Position numbers and translations under genes: made by a program. This document shows, piece by piece, positions 51,528 to 60,233 of a stretch of DNA of 61,361 bases (position 1 is the stretch's first letter; each line of letters starts with the position of its first letter). Origin of the DNA: an uncultured virus (IMG/VR IMGVR_UViG_3300032050_000027). Its lineage: Duplodnaviria > Heunggongvirae > Uroviricota > Caudoviricetes. Under the pieces are notes generated by a model, which had not been told where the DNA came from, searched no databases, and saw nothing but the letters and a program-made list of their open reading frames with translations. Where the stretch lies: IMG/VR virus record IMGVR_UViG_3300032050_000027. One strand, 5' to 3'.

Positions 51528-51653
51528 ATGCTAATTCAATCAGTTGATTCTTGTGGGAGTTTGACCTTGCACATACGTGGTGAGCCCATGGTCAACGATA
51601 GAGCAGATGCAGATAGATTTGAACGTGAGTATGGTGTCAAGGTCTGTTCATGA
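51528..51653 (+). pseudogene. 41-codon mini-ORF carrying a second copy of the carbamoyltransferase C-terminus
   Basis: MLIQSVDSCGSLTLHIRGEPMVNDRADADRFEREYGVKVCS versus the intact ...NIRGEPMVNDRADADRFETLYGVKVCS; ATGA overlap with the next gene. Confidence 0.8.
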
Positions 51654-52195
51654 ATGTGCATGCAATTCATTTGCCCAATCAGGCTCGATGTTTTTTAATT
51701 GACAGCTTTTTCCCACAAAGTCATCTAGCCAGCATACATGAAATATGTGAGGCTTTCAGCAAAGAGTCTGTGGCCTGGCAGCATCCTGAGTGGACCACGT
51801 ATCGTTACATATATCAAAACTGCTCACCTGAATGGCAGTCAGTTGTGGACTATCTAAAAGTTCCCAACCCAGAACTCACTCAAGCACTGGGCTATGCTGT
51901 GACATGTGATGAAGTGTTGTTATGGGCAGAGTTTCAAGGCATTGGAATATTGCAACCGCATGTTGAAATACCCGGCGGTAAAAATCTCAGTCAGTTGTAT
52001 ATTACCAAACAGCCAGTGCCCAATAACGGCACTACCATCTATACCGATCAAAAAGAAATATTATGCTTGTTGCCGTATCGTGACAACTTTGGATGGTTCT
52101 TTGATGACAGTGGTCGAGTCATGCATGGGCGTGACAATGACGTACCACCAGACATCATACGTTTTACCATGATGATGCACTGGTCTAAAGTGTAA
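51650..52195 (+). CDS. 2OG-Fe(II) oxygenase-like protein
   Basis: LQPHVE (Hx[D/E]), QLYI, GTTIY, distal MHG and R.T motifs. Confidence 0.65.
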   Translation: MNVHAIHLPNQARCFLIDSFFPQSHLASIHEICEAFSKESVAWQHPEWTTYRYIYQNCSPEWQSVVDYLKVPNPELTQALGYAVTCDEVLLWAEFQGIGILQPHVEIPGGKNLSQLYITKQPVPNNGTTIYTDQKEILCLLPYRDNFGWFFDDSGRVMHGRDNDVPPDIIRFTMMMHWSKV

Positions 52196-53224
52196 TTACA
52201 GATAAGTTTCTAAACCGCCACGACGGCGGATATCCTGTGTGCAACAAGATATACCGCCGTCCCAGAAGTAGCTGTGACGCAACTCACATATAATGGGTTC
52301 AATCCCATGCTTCCTACAGTAATCAAAAACTTCTTTGTTGTACGCACTAAAGATCACGTGCGATTCATCTAACACAAGACAGTTGACATCAAACACAGTT
52401 TCGGCCACAAAGCCAGTCCATTTGGTCAGATAAGTGTTCACAAAGTCTGTGAACTCAGGTGTGGGTGTTTGGCCTTGCACATACCATGCGCCAGGTGATT
52501 GTTCGTACTTGAACTTGCCCACTTCCATAGCGGCCCAGATTGAACTGTCCCAGATCTTACATACGTCCCAGCCAGGAAAGTCTTTGGCTAGATCCAAGTT
52601 AACATCGTGCTTGCTGGACAGTAACACACCGGGTTTGAGAATAGCAAACACAGCATCACCGTGTCCATCTGTAACAGCTTCGTGTATGCGATACTCTGGA
52701 CCTAGGCAATTGTCCACAATCCAACGAGTTTGATCAGGACGCAAAAAGTCTGAGTTGTCAAAGAACACATCACGCCCCACACGCACAATACAACTTGCAC
52801 TTGCACCATTTAGTATGCAATCTGGATCCCAGGCGCTTTTGTGTGGGTTAATGACTGCATCTCCGTAGCCTCGGCAAACGTTATCCAGTTCAGGCATGGC
52901 CAACACACGCAACAATTTGCCGCCCAAGGTGATTTGCCAGTCGCGTGGTGTGAGTGGCGGCAGCGGAGCACCTCCTCCTTCAGTTTGGAACCATACAAAT
53001 TGATCTTTTGCAGGTAGATCTGGACGACGAACTTGAGCTCCAAACTGCTCAATGGTCTTGGACAAGTTAGCAAGATCTTCTTCAGTTTCATGGAGAATCT
53101 GTTGCAGTTGATTGCGCACTTGTGGATTGTCTATGAAATCAAAGTAGTCAGGCGAGTAAGCACGACCCACAATTACTTCTTCAAGTGGTTGCCAGCTGGT
53201 GTAGGAGTTAACGATATTGCTCAT
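52196..53224 (-). CDS. Amidinotransferase (glycine / inosamine-phosphate amidinotransferase family)
   Basis: VNSYTSWQPLEEVIVGR, TPRD, GHGD, FDVN.L, GGISCCTQDIRR (catalytic Cys region). Likely start MSNIVNS at 53224. Confidence 0.85.
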   Translation of the reverse strand: MSNIVNSYTSWQPLEEVIVGRAYSPDYFDFIDNPQVRNQLQQILHETEEDLANLSKTIEQFGAQVRRPDLPAKDQFVWFQTEGGGAPLPPLTPRDWQITLGGKLLRVLAMPELDNVCRGYGDAVINPHKSAWDPDCILNGASASCIVRVGRDVFFDNSDFLRPDQTRWIVDNCLGPEYRIHEAVTDGHGDAVFAILKPGVLLSSKHDVNLDLAKDFPGWDVCKIWDSSIWAAMEVGKFKYEQSPGAWYVQGQTPTPEFTDFVNTYLTKWTGFVAETVFDVNCLVLDESHVIFSAYNKEVFDYCRKHGIEPIICELRHSYFWDGGISCCTQDIRRRGGLETYL

Positions 53225-54398
53225 GTATTTTCTCAATCAAGCTATTTAAACGCTTGCTCTTGTTGGCAACAAATAATTGCTGGTTGTGTTCTATGTCTGC
53301 TCTGGCAGCTTCGAACAACTGCGGTAACCTGGGTTGAGCGGCTGCTATGCTGTCACGCAAGCTCTCCCAACGCTGTGTGTGGTTTGCAATTTTATCGTAA
53401 CTGTTATCCAGTATGCCATCAAACACACGATAGCCCAGATCACGCAACACTTGCAAACTACCAGCACCACCGCCCACAAAAAACAACTGCCCGTGTTTGA
53501 TAGGTTTGAATGTTTTTTCTGTAACAAATGCACCATTTGACTGATCCACATCAAATTGACTTTCCAACACTATGTTACAGTATGCGTTTGCAAAATATTT
53601 TGGTTCCATTACAGAATGATTGTTGCGATCGCTATCACTTAGTTCATCGCTGATGTAAGGTGCCTGATCCAGGAACCGTTTGCGATCATAACGCAGCTGA
53701 CTGATCATATCTACTTCTATTGGGCAGTCGGTATCTTCACCGTAAGGTTCTTCACAATAACTCCAATAACTGTTGCTCAGTATACCAGAGCGATGCAGGT
53801 CTGCCATGGCAGTGGCCCGCCACCATTTGTGCAGTCTGCTCAAACAAGTAAAATCTCGTTCTCGTGGCAAGTTGTGAATTTCTAAAGGCGCACTGTTGAT
53901 GTTGCGCTGATAATACCACAGTTCAAAGTCGTGAAATGTAACAAAGCCGGGCAACTGGTCTGCGGATGTATTACTGCTGACAAATATATAACAGTCTGGT
54001 GGCAACAGGTGTTGTTCGGCTAATGCGTCCAGTCTGTTTTTGATTCGTCTAGGACTGTCACCTTCGTGGTACATGAACAACACACGTAACTCACTGCGGT
54101 GCAGTTTTTTTCTTACAGCAACTGTCATTAATTCAAAGTAGTCAATGTCAAAGTCAAAGAATCCCAAGCAAACAGGATAGTATGTGTTGGCTGGCAAGCT
54201 GTGGTCGATGTTGTGAACTGTTAAATCAATACCATGTTGACCACAGTATTCTTGTATTCGCACAGGAGTAGTGTATGGCCAGTGCTCGCCAAACTGTCTC
54301 CAGCCGGGAGTGTAAGGTCTAGCTTCGTGCCGTGCCAGGGCAGGATATATTTTACCTTTGATGGTTTGATCAGCAACAAGATTAAGTTTGTAATTCAT
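53208..54398 (-). CDS. GT10-like putative glycosyltransferase (paralogue 4)
   Basis: FTCLSRLHKWWR; NIVLES...FVTEKTFKPI...GYRVF..ILDNSYD. Confidence 0.55.
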   Translation of the reverse strand: MNYKLNLVADQTIKGKIYPALARHEARPYTPGWRQFGEHWPYTTPVRIQEYCGQHGIDLTVHNIDHSLPANTYYPVCLGFFDFDIDYFELMTVAVRKKLHRSELRVLFMYHEGDSPRRIKNRLDALAEQHLLPPDCYIFVSSNTSADQLPGFVTFHDFELWYYQRNINSAPLEIHNLPRERDFTCLSRLHKWWRATAMADLHRSGILSNSYWSYCEEPYGEDTDCPIEVDMISQLRYDRKRFLDQAPYISDELSDSDRNNHSVMEPKYFANAYCNIVLESQFDVDQSNGAFVTEKTFKPIKHGQLFFVGGGAGSLQVLRDLGYRVFDGILDNSYDKIANHTQRWESLRDSIAAAQPRLPQLFEAARADIEHNQQLFVANKSKRLNSLIEKIHEQYR

Positions 54399-55578
54399 AC
54401 AACATGTTTTGTAGTTCAGGCCAAAGTATGCTAGTCAATCCGCCTTGGTAAAAATGATGAAAGTTGTGTTCTACTAAGGGCACACATGCACGATGAATTT
54501 GCTCACGTTCTTTCAACGACAAACTGTCAAGGTCCTTGAGTAATTTTACTACCTTTTCCACACGCAGTTGATCATCGGTTTCTTGGTCGTAACTTTCGTC
54601 AAACACAGAATCAAATGTTTTGAAACCATAACTGCGCATGTATTCCAAACTGCCAGCAGGCGCCATCAACACAAACGGCATTTCTAATGCAATGGCCTTG
54701 AATGTTTTTTCAGTAATGTGCAATCGACGTCCAAAATAAACTGTTTCAGTTGGCACATACACAAGAGAATCCTGCGCTTCTGTAAAATTGGTAAGCCAAC
54801 AGCTGGCCATCTGTTGAGTTTCTTCGCCAGCAAACAGTCTAGGCAATTCAGCAGTTCGAAACACTTGCTCAATGTCTGGATATATGTTATTATACTTCTT
54901 AGCAATGTCAACAATGTCAACATTTTCATACACACAGACTCGTGGAGCTGAAATGTGATTGTGTTCCAATTGCTGTTTGAACACATGATACAAAAACAAC
55001 ACTCGATGATCACGTTTGCCAGCAACAATCCGATTGGGACTCATGAACGTTTTGGTAGGAGCACGATCACGTGCTCTAGGAATCAAAAAAGACTTATCGT
55101 ATCCACGAAACCAATCTTGACAGGCCCATCCATGATAAAAATAGTAATGACTTTTCCAGCCATATATATCACACAACTGTTCAACTTGTTCTCCATGCTC
55201 GCTAACAATAACATGTCCTTGTGATGTTTTTATTTGTTTGTTTTTAATAATGTTTGCTAAATTTAGATCAGTATAATTTGCAATTAAAAAATCAGCCATG
55301 TTAATGTAGTTGCTGTCAGGATCGTTAAGTCTGTACACAACATCAGCCATGCGATCTAACACTTCGTTAAACAATCCTCCATGTGCATCTAAATGAACTG
55401 GTTCTTGATCATGAAAAAATATATAATCTTCTTCCTCGATGCCATCATACCCAAAATTCAACAATGCGTTGGGGCTGGTATCACCAGGTGGATCACAAAA
55501 GAACATGCGTGTGCCAGGAACATTTTGCTTGATCCAAGGCCAAAATGTATTGTTGTAAATTTCGTCTATTCTAATCAT
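54382..55578 (-). CDS. GT10-like putative glycosyltransferase (paralogue 5)
   Basis: FMSPNR...RDHR; YVPTET...HITEKTFKAI..EMPFV...GFKTF..VFDESYD. Confidence 0.55.
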   Translation of the reverse strand: MIRIDEIYNNTFWPWIKQNVPGTRMFFCDPPGDTSPNALLNFGYDGIEEEDYIFFHDQEPVHLDAHGGLFNEVLDRMADVVYRLNDPDSNYINMADFLIANYTDLNLANIIKNKQIKTSQGHVIVSEHGEQVEQLCDIYGWKSHYYFYHGWACQDWFRGYDKSFLIPRARDRAPTKTFMSPNRIVAGKRDHRVLFLYHVFKQQLEHNHISAPRVCVYENVDIVDIAKKYNNIYPDIEQVFRTAELPRLFAGEETQQMASCWLTNFTEAQDSLVYVPTETVYFGRRLHITEKTFKAIALEMPFVLMAPAGSLEYMRSYGFKTFDSVFDESYDQETDDQLRVEKVVKLLKDLDSLSLKEREQIHRACVPLVEHNFHHFYQGGLTSILWPELQNMLYELQT

Positions 55579-58500
55579 GTTTGATGTTTTTTATTCGGGG
55601 AAAAAACCCAATGTTGTGGTGGGAGTACAAGAAGCTGAATCGATTGATCATGCACGTCAGTTGAGTCGCACACGATATTTTTGGTGGATACACTACTTAG
55701 CAGATCTCGAGCACTGGGATTTTTCTTGGGAGCCTGTACCGTGGCAAAGTCACCAACGCCACGCCTGGGCCAACCAACATCAACCTGACGCTGGCATATA
55801 TCTTGTGCCTGCAAACTGGGATGGGCAAGAAACCAATTATCACTCTGCTCCTGCAATACATCACGGGGTTGATGCAAACTACTGGCACATTCCCGGCTGG
55901 ATTGATGCTACCAGCATAGATCCACAATGGAGTCCAGACCCAATGGATCCACCTTATATCTACGAGTTTCCTGTGGAGTGGGGATGGGATAGAATTGGTG
56001 GGCCACAGTATCGAGTTCCTGGTGCTAGTGAAATCAAATACGTCAACGCTTTTGTAACAAAAACTCAGCACAATCCATTGCCTTGGTTTCAGCATTGTGA
56101 GTTTAACTGGACTGACGAAGCCTATCGTTGGCGCCCATGTCCCGAAGATCCTCCTTACATCTATGTGTTTGGTAATCAATGGTATCCAGCTGAAGTCATG
56201 CCTACTGTGGAATATCGAGTTCCTGGCGCCACAGAACGCAAATACATGGATCTGCGTGTGCAGTTACCAGAACGTCACACTAACCACTGGCACACTTTGC
56301 ATGATTGCGAATGGGATTATTCATGGGTGCCAGACCCAGGAGATCCACCTTATATCTATGTTTTTGGCAATCAACATTGGCCTGCTGAAAAAATGCCCAC
56401 AGTGGAATATCATGTGCCAGGCGCTACCGAGCGCAAGTACATGCACATGACTGCAAGATTACTCAGTGACAAAACCAATTGGACCATACACGAATACATC
56501 AAACGATGGGACTATTCATGGGTGCCGGATCCAGGAGACCCACCATACATCTACATATGGGGCAATCAACATTGGCCCGGCGAGATCATGCCCACCTTAA
56601 CATATACAATGCCTGGTGCAACAGATATCAAATACGTAGATGGACCACAACCTGAGTTGGGCAGTTGCATGGGCAATTGGGAATGGTGCGAAGATATCAA
56701 CGACAGTGAGTGGGATTGGACGTGGGTACCCAACCCCAAGGACCCTCCCTATATCTATGTGTTTGGCAATCAATGGAATCCGCCAGAATTAAAAGCCAGT
56801 ATCAAGTATCATGTAGATGGTGCTACAGAAGTCAAGTATATGGATCGACGCACCACAAGATTGCCGCAGCCTGATCTTTTTACTAATGTTCTTCCAGTGA
56901 CGCAGTTTGATTACTCTTGGGAACCTGATCCCACAGATCCGCCAATGACCTATGTGTTTGGTAGTCAGTGGAATCCTGGTGTGCTAGAACCCGCTGTAAC
57001 ATACAGCACTGGAGGCACAGAAATCAAGTATGTAGACAACATAATTGCTCAAGTGGCACCAAACCCTGAGTCCTGGACACTGCTGGACGATGTGATAGAG
57101 TTTGACTACAGTTGGAGACCAAATCCCACAGATCCCCCTTACATTTATGTGTTTGGTAATCAATGGCTAAGTGCAGAAGTCCGACCTGCACTAGAGTATC
57201 ATGTGCCAGGTGCTACAGAACGCAAGTACATGGATCATCCACGGGCTCAACGTCGTGGCAACCCAGAGTTATTTGTGAAGTTACATCCTTGTGCGTTTGA
57301 TTGGTCGTGGGAACCAGAACCAGGATCGCCTCCTTACAAGTATGTGTTTGGTAATCAATGGCACGCCGCAGAAATCATGCCCACAGTTGAATACAACATG
57401 CCAGGTGCTACTGAACTCAAGTATATGGACGAGCCAAAAGCTAAACTACCCGAAAACCCCAATCGACCTTGGTACAATGTAGTTGAGAGCGACATGGATT
57501 ATTCATGGGTACCGGATCCCGGAGATCCTCCATATATCTATGTGTTTGGCAATCAATGGCACTCAGCTGAAATCATGCCCACAGTAGAATATCGCATGCC
57601 CGGCGCTACAGAACGCAAGTACGTGGATATATCCGCACAATTGCTACCTGACTTGACACACTGGCACATACCTGATCATGTTGATGTCACGGACATGGAC
57701 TTCTCTTGGGTACCTGATCCAGGTGAGCCGCCCTACATCTATCAGTTTGCCACACAGCACCAAAAAACAGGCGGCCCGCAATATCGGGTGCCATGTGCTA
57801 GTGAAGTCAAGTATGTGGATATGATGCGAGCCGAAGTCAAACGTGAGGCTGTGCCTATTTTTGAAATTGATCACATGGACGGCAATGCTGGTCAGATCCC
57901 TAACGTGGTCAAAAAGATTCGATATTTTGACAACTATAGAGACACTCTAATACGTCTGGCCAAGAGTCTAGTGGGCGAATACGAGCATGTGTGGGTGTGT
58001 AGCAGTATATGCGATTACACTGACTTTGATTTTTCATGGCATCCAGAAACATGGCAAAGCACCATGCTCCATGTGTTCCCTAGCAACAAACAAAAGTTTG
58101 GGGACACATTCTACATGCATGTGCCTACCTTTGCTGAACGAGCAGAAAAGAAACAGTTGTTAGAATGGTATTCGGTAAACTATGTGTCACGACGGGCAGT
58201 GCCACGCAGACCTATGCCTGTGATTGTGCATGATGGCGACAGTCAAGTTGATGCTGTAAAGTCACAAGACTTTGTGGGTCCATTGGCCATGTTTACCAAT
58301 CATGACTATGTGCCTAGCGACCTTGTTACAGTGCCCTTGTGGCGGCAAGAAACCAAGACTATTGTGCCTGTAAGTTCAGGCGCTGGCAGTGTAGTTGTGC
58401 CTAAAGTGGCTGTGCCCTTTATCAAGACACAGTTGTATGACTATCCGCACATAGACAAAACACAACGAATGTTGAAAGACAAGCCATTAGACATTGTGTT

Positions 58501-59176
58501 TATCAGCAATGGTGAAATCAACGCTAATCGACACTTTGAACATCTAGCCAGTGCGACTTGTAATTTAAAAAATAAACTGCATCGTGTGGATGGTGTGAAT
58601 GGACGTGTGGCTGCTTATCATGCTGCCGCACAGGTCAGCGGTACACCTTGGTTCTTTGCAGTATTTGCTAAGTTGCAGGTCAATAAAGAATTTGACTGGA
58701 ACTGGCAACCTGACCGCATGCAACAGGCCAAACACTATATCTTTCATGCCAAGAATCCTCTCAATGGACTGGTATACGGACACCAGGCCATGATTGCATA
58801 CAACAAGAAGTTAGTGCTAGAGAACAAAGGTCTGGGCCTAGACTTCACACTAGACCAGCCACACGAAGTAGTACCCATCTTGTCAGGCACAGCATGGTAC
58901 ACTGACTCACCGTGGATGGCCTGGCGTACTGCTTTCCGTGAAGTAATTAAACTGATGACCACTTTGCCTGATGTGGAAAGTGAATACCGCTTGAACAAAT
59001 GGCTTGATATCAACAGCGACGAAGCGGACCCGCAGTGGAGTCGACTTGGTGCAGAAGATGCTGAGGAATATTACAACTCAGTCAACGGAGACTTTGCAGA
59101 ACTGCGAAAGAGTTATGATTGGGCTTGGCTGGCTAGCTATGCGTTTATTAAACGATCTCTAACAACTGATCAATAA
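55577..59176 (+). CDS. 1199-aa Trp/Pro/Tyr-rich repeat protein with a C-terminal degenerate GT-A-like domain
   Basis: About ten ~65-aa repeats. C-terminus DIVFISNGE...RVDGVNG..AAYHAAA...NGLVYG...AWRTAFREVIK is homologous to 34383-35306. Confidence 0.8.
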   Translation: MFDVFYSGKKPNVVVGVQEAESIDHARQLSRTRYFWWIHYLADLEHWDFSWEPVPWQSHQRHAWANQHQPDAGIYLVPANWDGQETNYHSAPAIHHGVDANYWHIPGWIDATSIDPQWSPDPMDPPYIYEFPVEWGWDRIGGPQYRVPGASEIKYVNAFVTKTQHNPLPWFQHCEFNWTDEAYRWRPCPEDPPYIYVFGNQWYPAEVMPTVEYRVPGATERKYMDLRVQLPERHTNHWHTLHDCEWDYSWVPDPGDPPYIYVFGNQHWPAEKMPTVEYHVPGATERKYMHMTARLLSDKTNWTIHEYIKRWDYSWVPDPGDPPYIYIWGNQHWPGEIMPTLTYTMPGATDIKYVDGPQPELGSCMGNWEWCEDINDSEWDWTWVPNPKDPPYIYVFGNQWNPPELKASIKYHVDGATEVKYMDRRTTRLPQPDLFTNVLPVTQFDYSWEPDPTDPPMTYVFGSQWNPGVLEPAVTYSTGGTEIKYVDNIIAQVAPNPESWTLLDDVIEFDYSWRPNPTDPPYIYVFGNQWLSAEVRPALEYHVPGATERKYMDHPRAQRRGNPELFVKLHPCAFDWSWEPEPGSPPYKYVFGNQWHAAEIMPTVEYNMPGATELKYMDEPKAKLPENPNRPWYNVVESDMDYSWVPDPGDPPYIYVFGNQWHSAEIMPTVEYRMPGATERKYVDISAQLLPDLTHWHIPDHVDVTDMDFSWVPDPGEPPYIYQFATQHQKTGGPQYRVPCASEVKYVDMMRAEVKREAVPIFEIDHMDGNAGQIPNVVKKIRYFDNYRDTLIRLAKSLVGEYEHVWVCSSICDYTDFDFSWHPETWQSTMLHVFPSNKQKFGDTFYMHVPTFAERAEKKQLLEWYSVNYVSRRAVPRRPMPVIVHDGDSQVDAVKSQDFVGPLAMFTNHDYVPSDLVTVPLWRQETKTIVPVSSGAGSVVVPKVAVPFIKTQLYDYPHIDKTQRMLKDKPLDIVFISNGEINANRHFEHLASATCNLKNKLHRVDGVNGRVAAYHAAAQVSGTPWFFAVFAKLQVNKEFDWNWQPDRMQQAKHYIFHAKNPLNGLVYGHQAMIAYNKKLVLENKGLGLDFTLDQPHEVVPILSGTAWYTDSPWMAWRTAFREVIKLMTTLPDVESEYRLNKWLDINSDEADPQWSRLGAEDAEEYYNSVNGDFAELRKSYDWAWLASYAFIKRSLTTDQ
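55915..57830 (+). repeat. About ten tandem ~65-aa (~200-bp) intragenic repeats
   Basis: Consensus (W/F)D(Y/W)SWxPDPxDPPYIYVFGNQWxxAExMPTVEYxxPGATExKY. Confidence 0.9.
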
Positions 59177-60233
59177 TGTATTCTACCTCTAAGTCTGTAA
59201 GCTCAGGGTAGATAGGCAAACTCAAACATCTGCGGCTAAGTGCATAACTGGCACTCAACATGTCTGGCCCTTGGTACTGTTGGAATACAGGCAGTTCCTG
59301 TAGTGGTTCGGCATAGTGGATCTTGGTTTCAATCTTGCGCAAAGAGAGATTGCGTTGCACAATGTCACGTTGATCCACTTCAATCACAAACTTGTGATAG
59401 CAATGTTTGTCAAAATTGCTTTTGTCAATCAATGATCGTATGGGTGACTTTTCCAAGCGGTTCATCCAATAGGCAGCAATAGTACTTCTACGACTTTGCC
59501 ATGCAGCCAAGTGCCGGGTCTTGATCATCATTTGCGCACAGTCCACCTCACTCATGCGTGAGTTGGTGCCTATTTCGCTGTGCTTGAGATACTTGCCGTT
59601 GTTTACATAGTCTCTAGCAAACTCTTGCAGTTCATACCTGTTGGTCACTACAGCACCACCGTTGCCGTAGTTGGCAAAGTTTTTTGTAGGGTCAAAACTT
59701 ATAGCGGCTGATTCGCTATGTCTATGGCATTTGTCGGCCAACCAGTGCTGTGCGGCATCTTCCACAATGATGTCGCCGTGATTGCGCCAGTGCTGATGAA
59801 CACTCTGTCCATACAGGCCAACAAGGCACACTGCTTGATAACTTAGGTCTCGAGGCAACTTTCTATAGTCCATTTGCCCATAGTTGTCTGTGTCCAAGAT
59901 GTAGATATTCCAGCCGGCTCGAATCCAAGCATTGGCAGTGGCTGGATAGGTCAGCGCAGGTATGACCACTGTGGGTGGTGTGATGCCGATCTTGCTTCTA
60001 AAGTATTCAGCAATGATCTCTAGGGCATGTGTGCCTGAGTGACACAAGGTAGCATACTTGACACCGTTCTTTCTGCTGATCCAATGCGCAAACTCAGCAG
60101 TATAGTTGCCATCCATCAGTTGTCCCGAACGCAACACTTCATCAGTCACGTCCAGGATTTCCTGTCGGAGATTGTTATACTGCTTGCGGAGACCAGTAAA
60201 CGGAATTGTTAAGCCAGTGGTAGTAATTTTCAA
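59148..60233 (-). CDS. DegT/DnrJ/EryC1/StrS PLP-dependent sugar aminotransferase
   Basis: SGTHAL, PALTYPATANA, IVEDAAQ, SFDPTKN (PLP Lys), GNGGAVVTN, GTNSRM, LSLPIYP. Start uncertain (TTG 60233 versus track 60263). Confidence 0.92.
   Translation of the reverse strand: MKITTTGLTIPFTGLRKQYNNLRQEILDVTDEVLRSGQLMDGNYTAEFAHWISRKNGVKYATLCHSGTHALEIIAEYFRSKIGITPPTVVIPALTYPATANAWIRAGWNIYILDTDNYGQMDYRKLPRDLSYQAVCLVGLYGQSVHQHWRNHGDIIVEDAAQHWLADKCHRHSESAAISFDPTKNFANYGNGGAVVTNRYELQEFARDYVNNGKYLKHSEIGTNSRMSEVDCAQMMIKTRHLAAWQSRRSTIAAYWMNRLEKSPIRSLIDKSNFDKHCYHKFVIEVDQRDIVQRNLSLRKIETKIHYAEPLQELPVFQQYQGPDMLSASYALSRRCLSLPIYPELTDLEVEYIIDQLLEIV

Noticed and set aside
50743..51653. Repeat pair as a DGR template/variable repeat
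   Set aside because: No reverse transcriptase in the window; mismatches are mostly synonymous and include non-adenine changes (G/T, C/T).
55915..57830. Periodic DNA repeats as a CRISPR array
   Set aside because: Repeats are in frame, degenerate at third positions and lie inside one long ORF; no cas genes.
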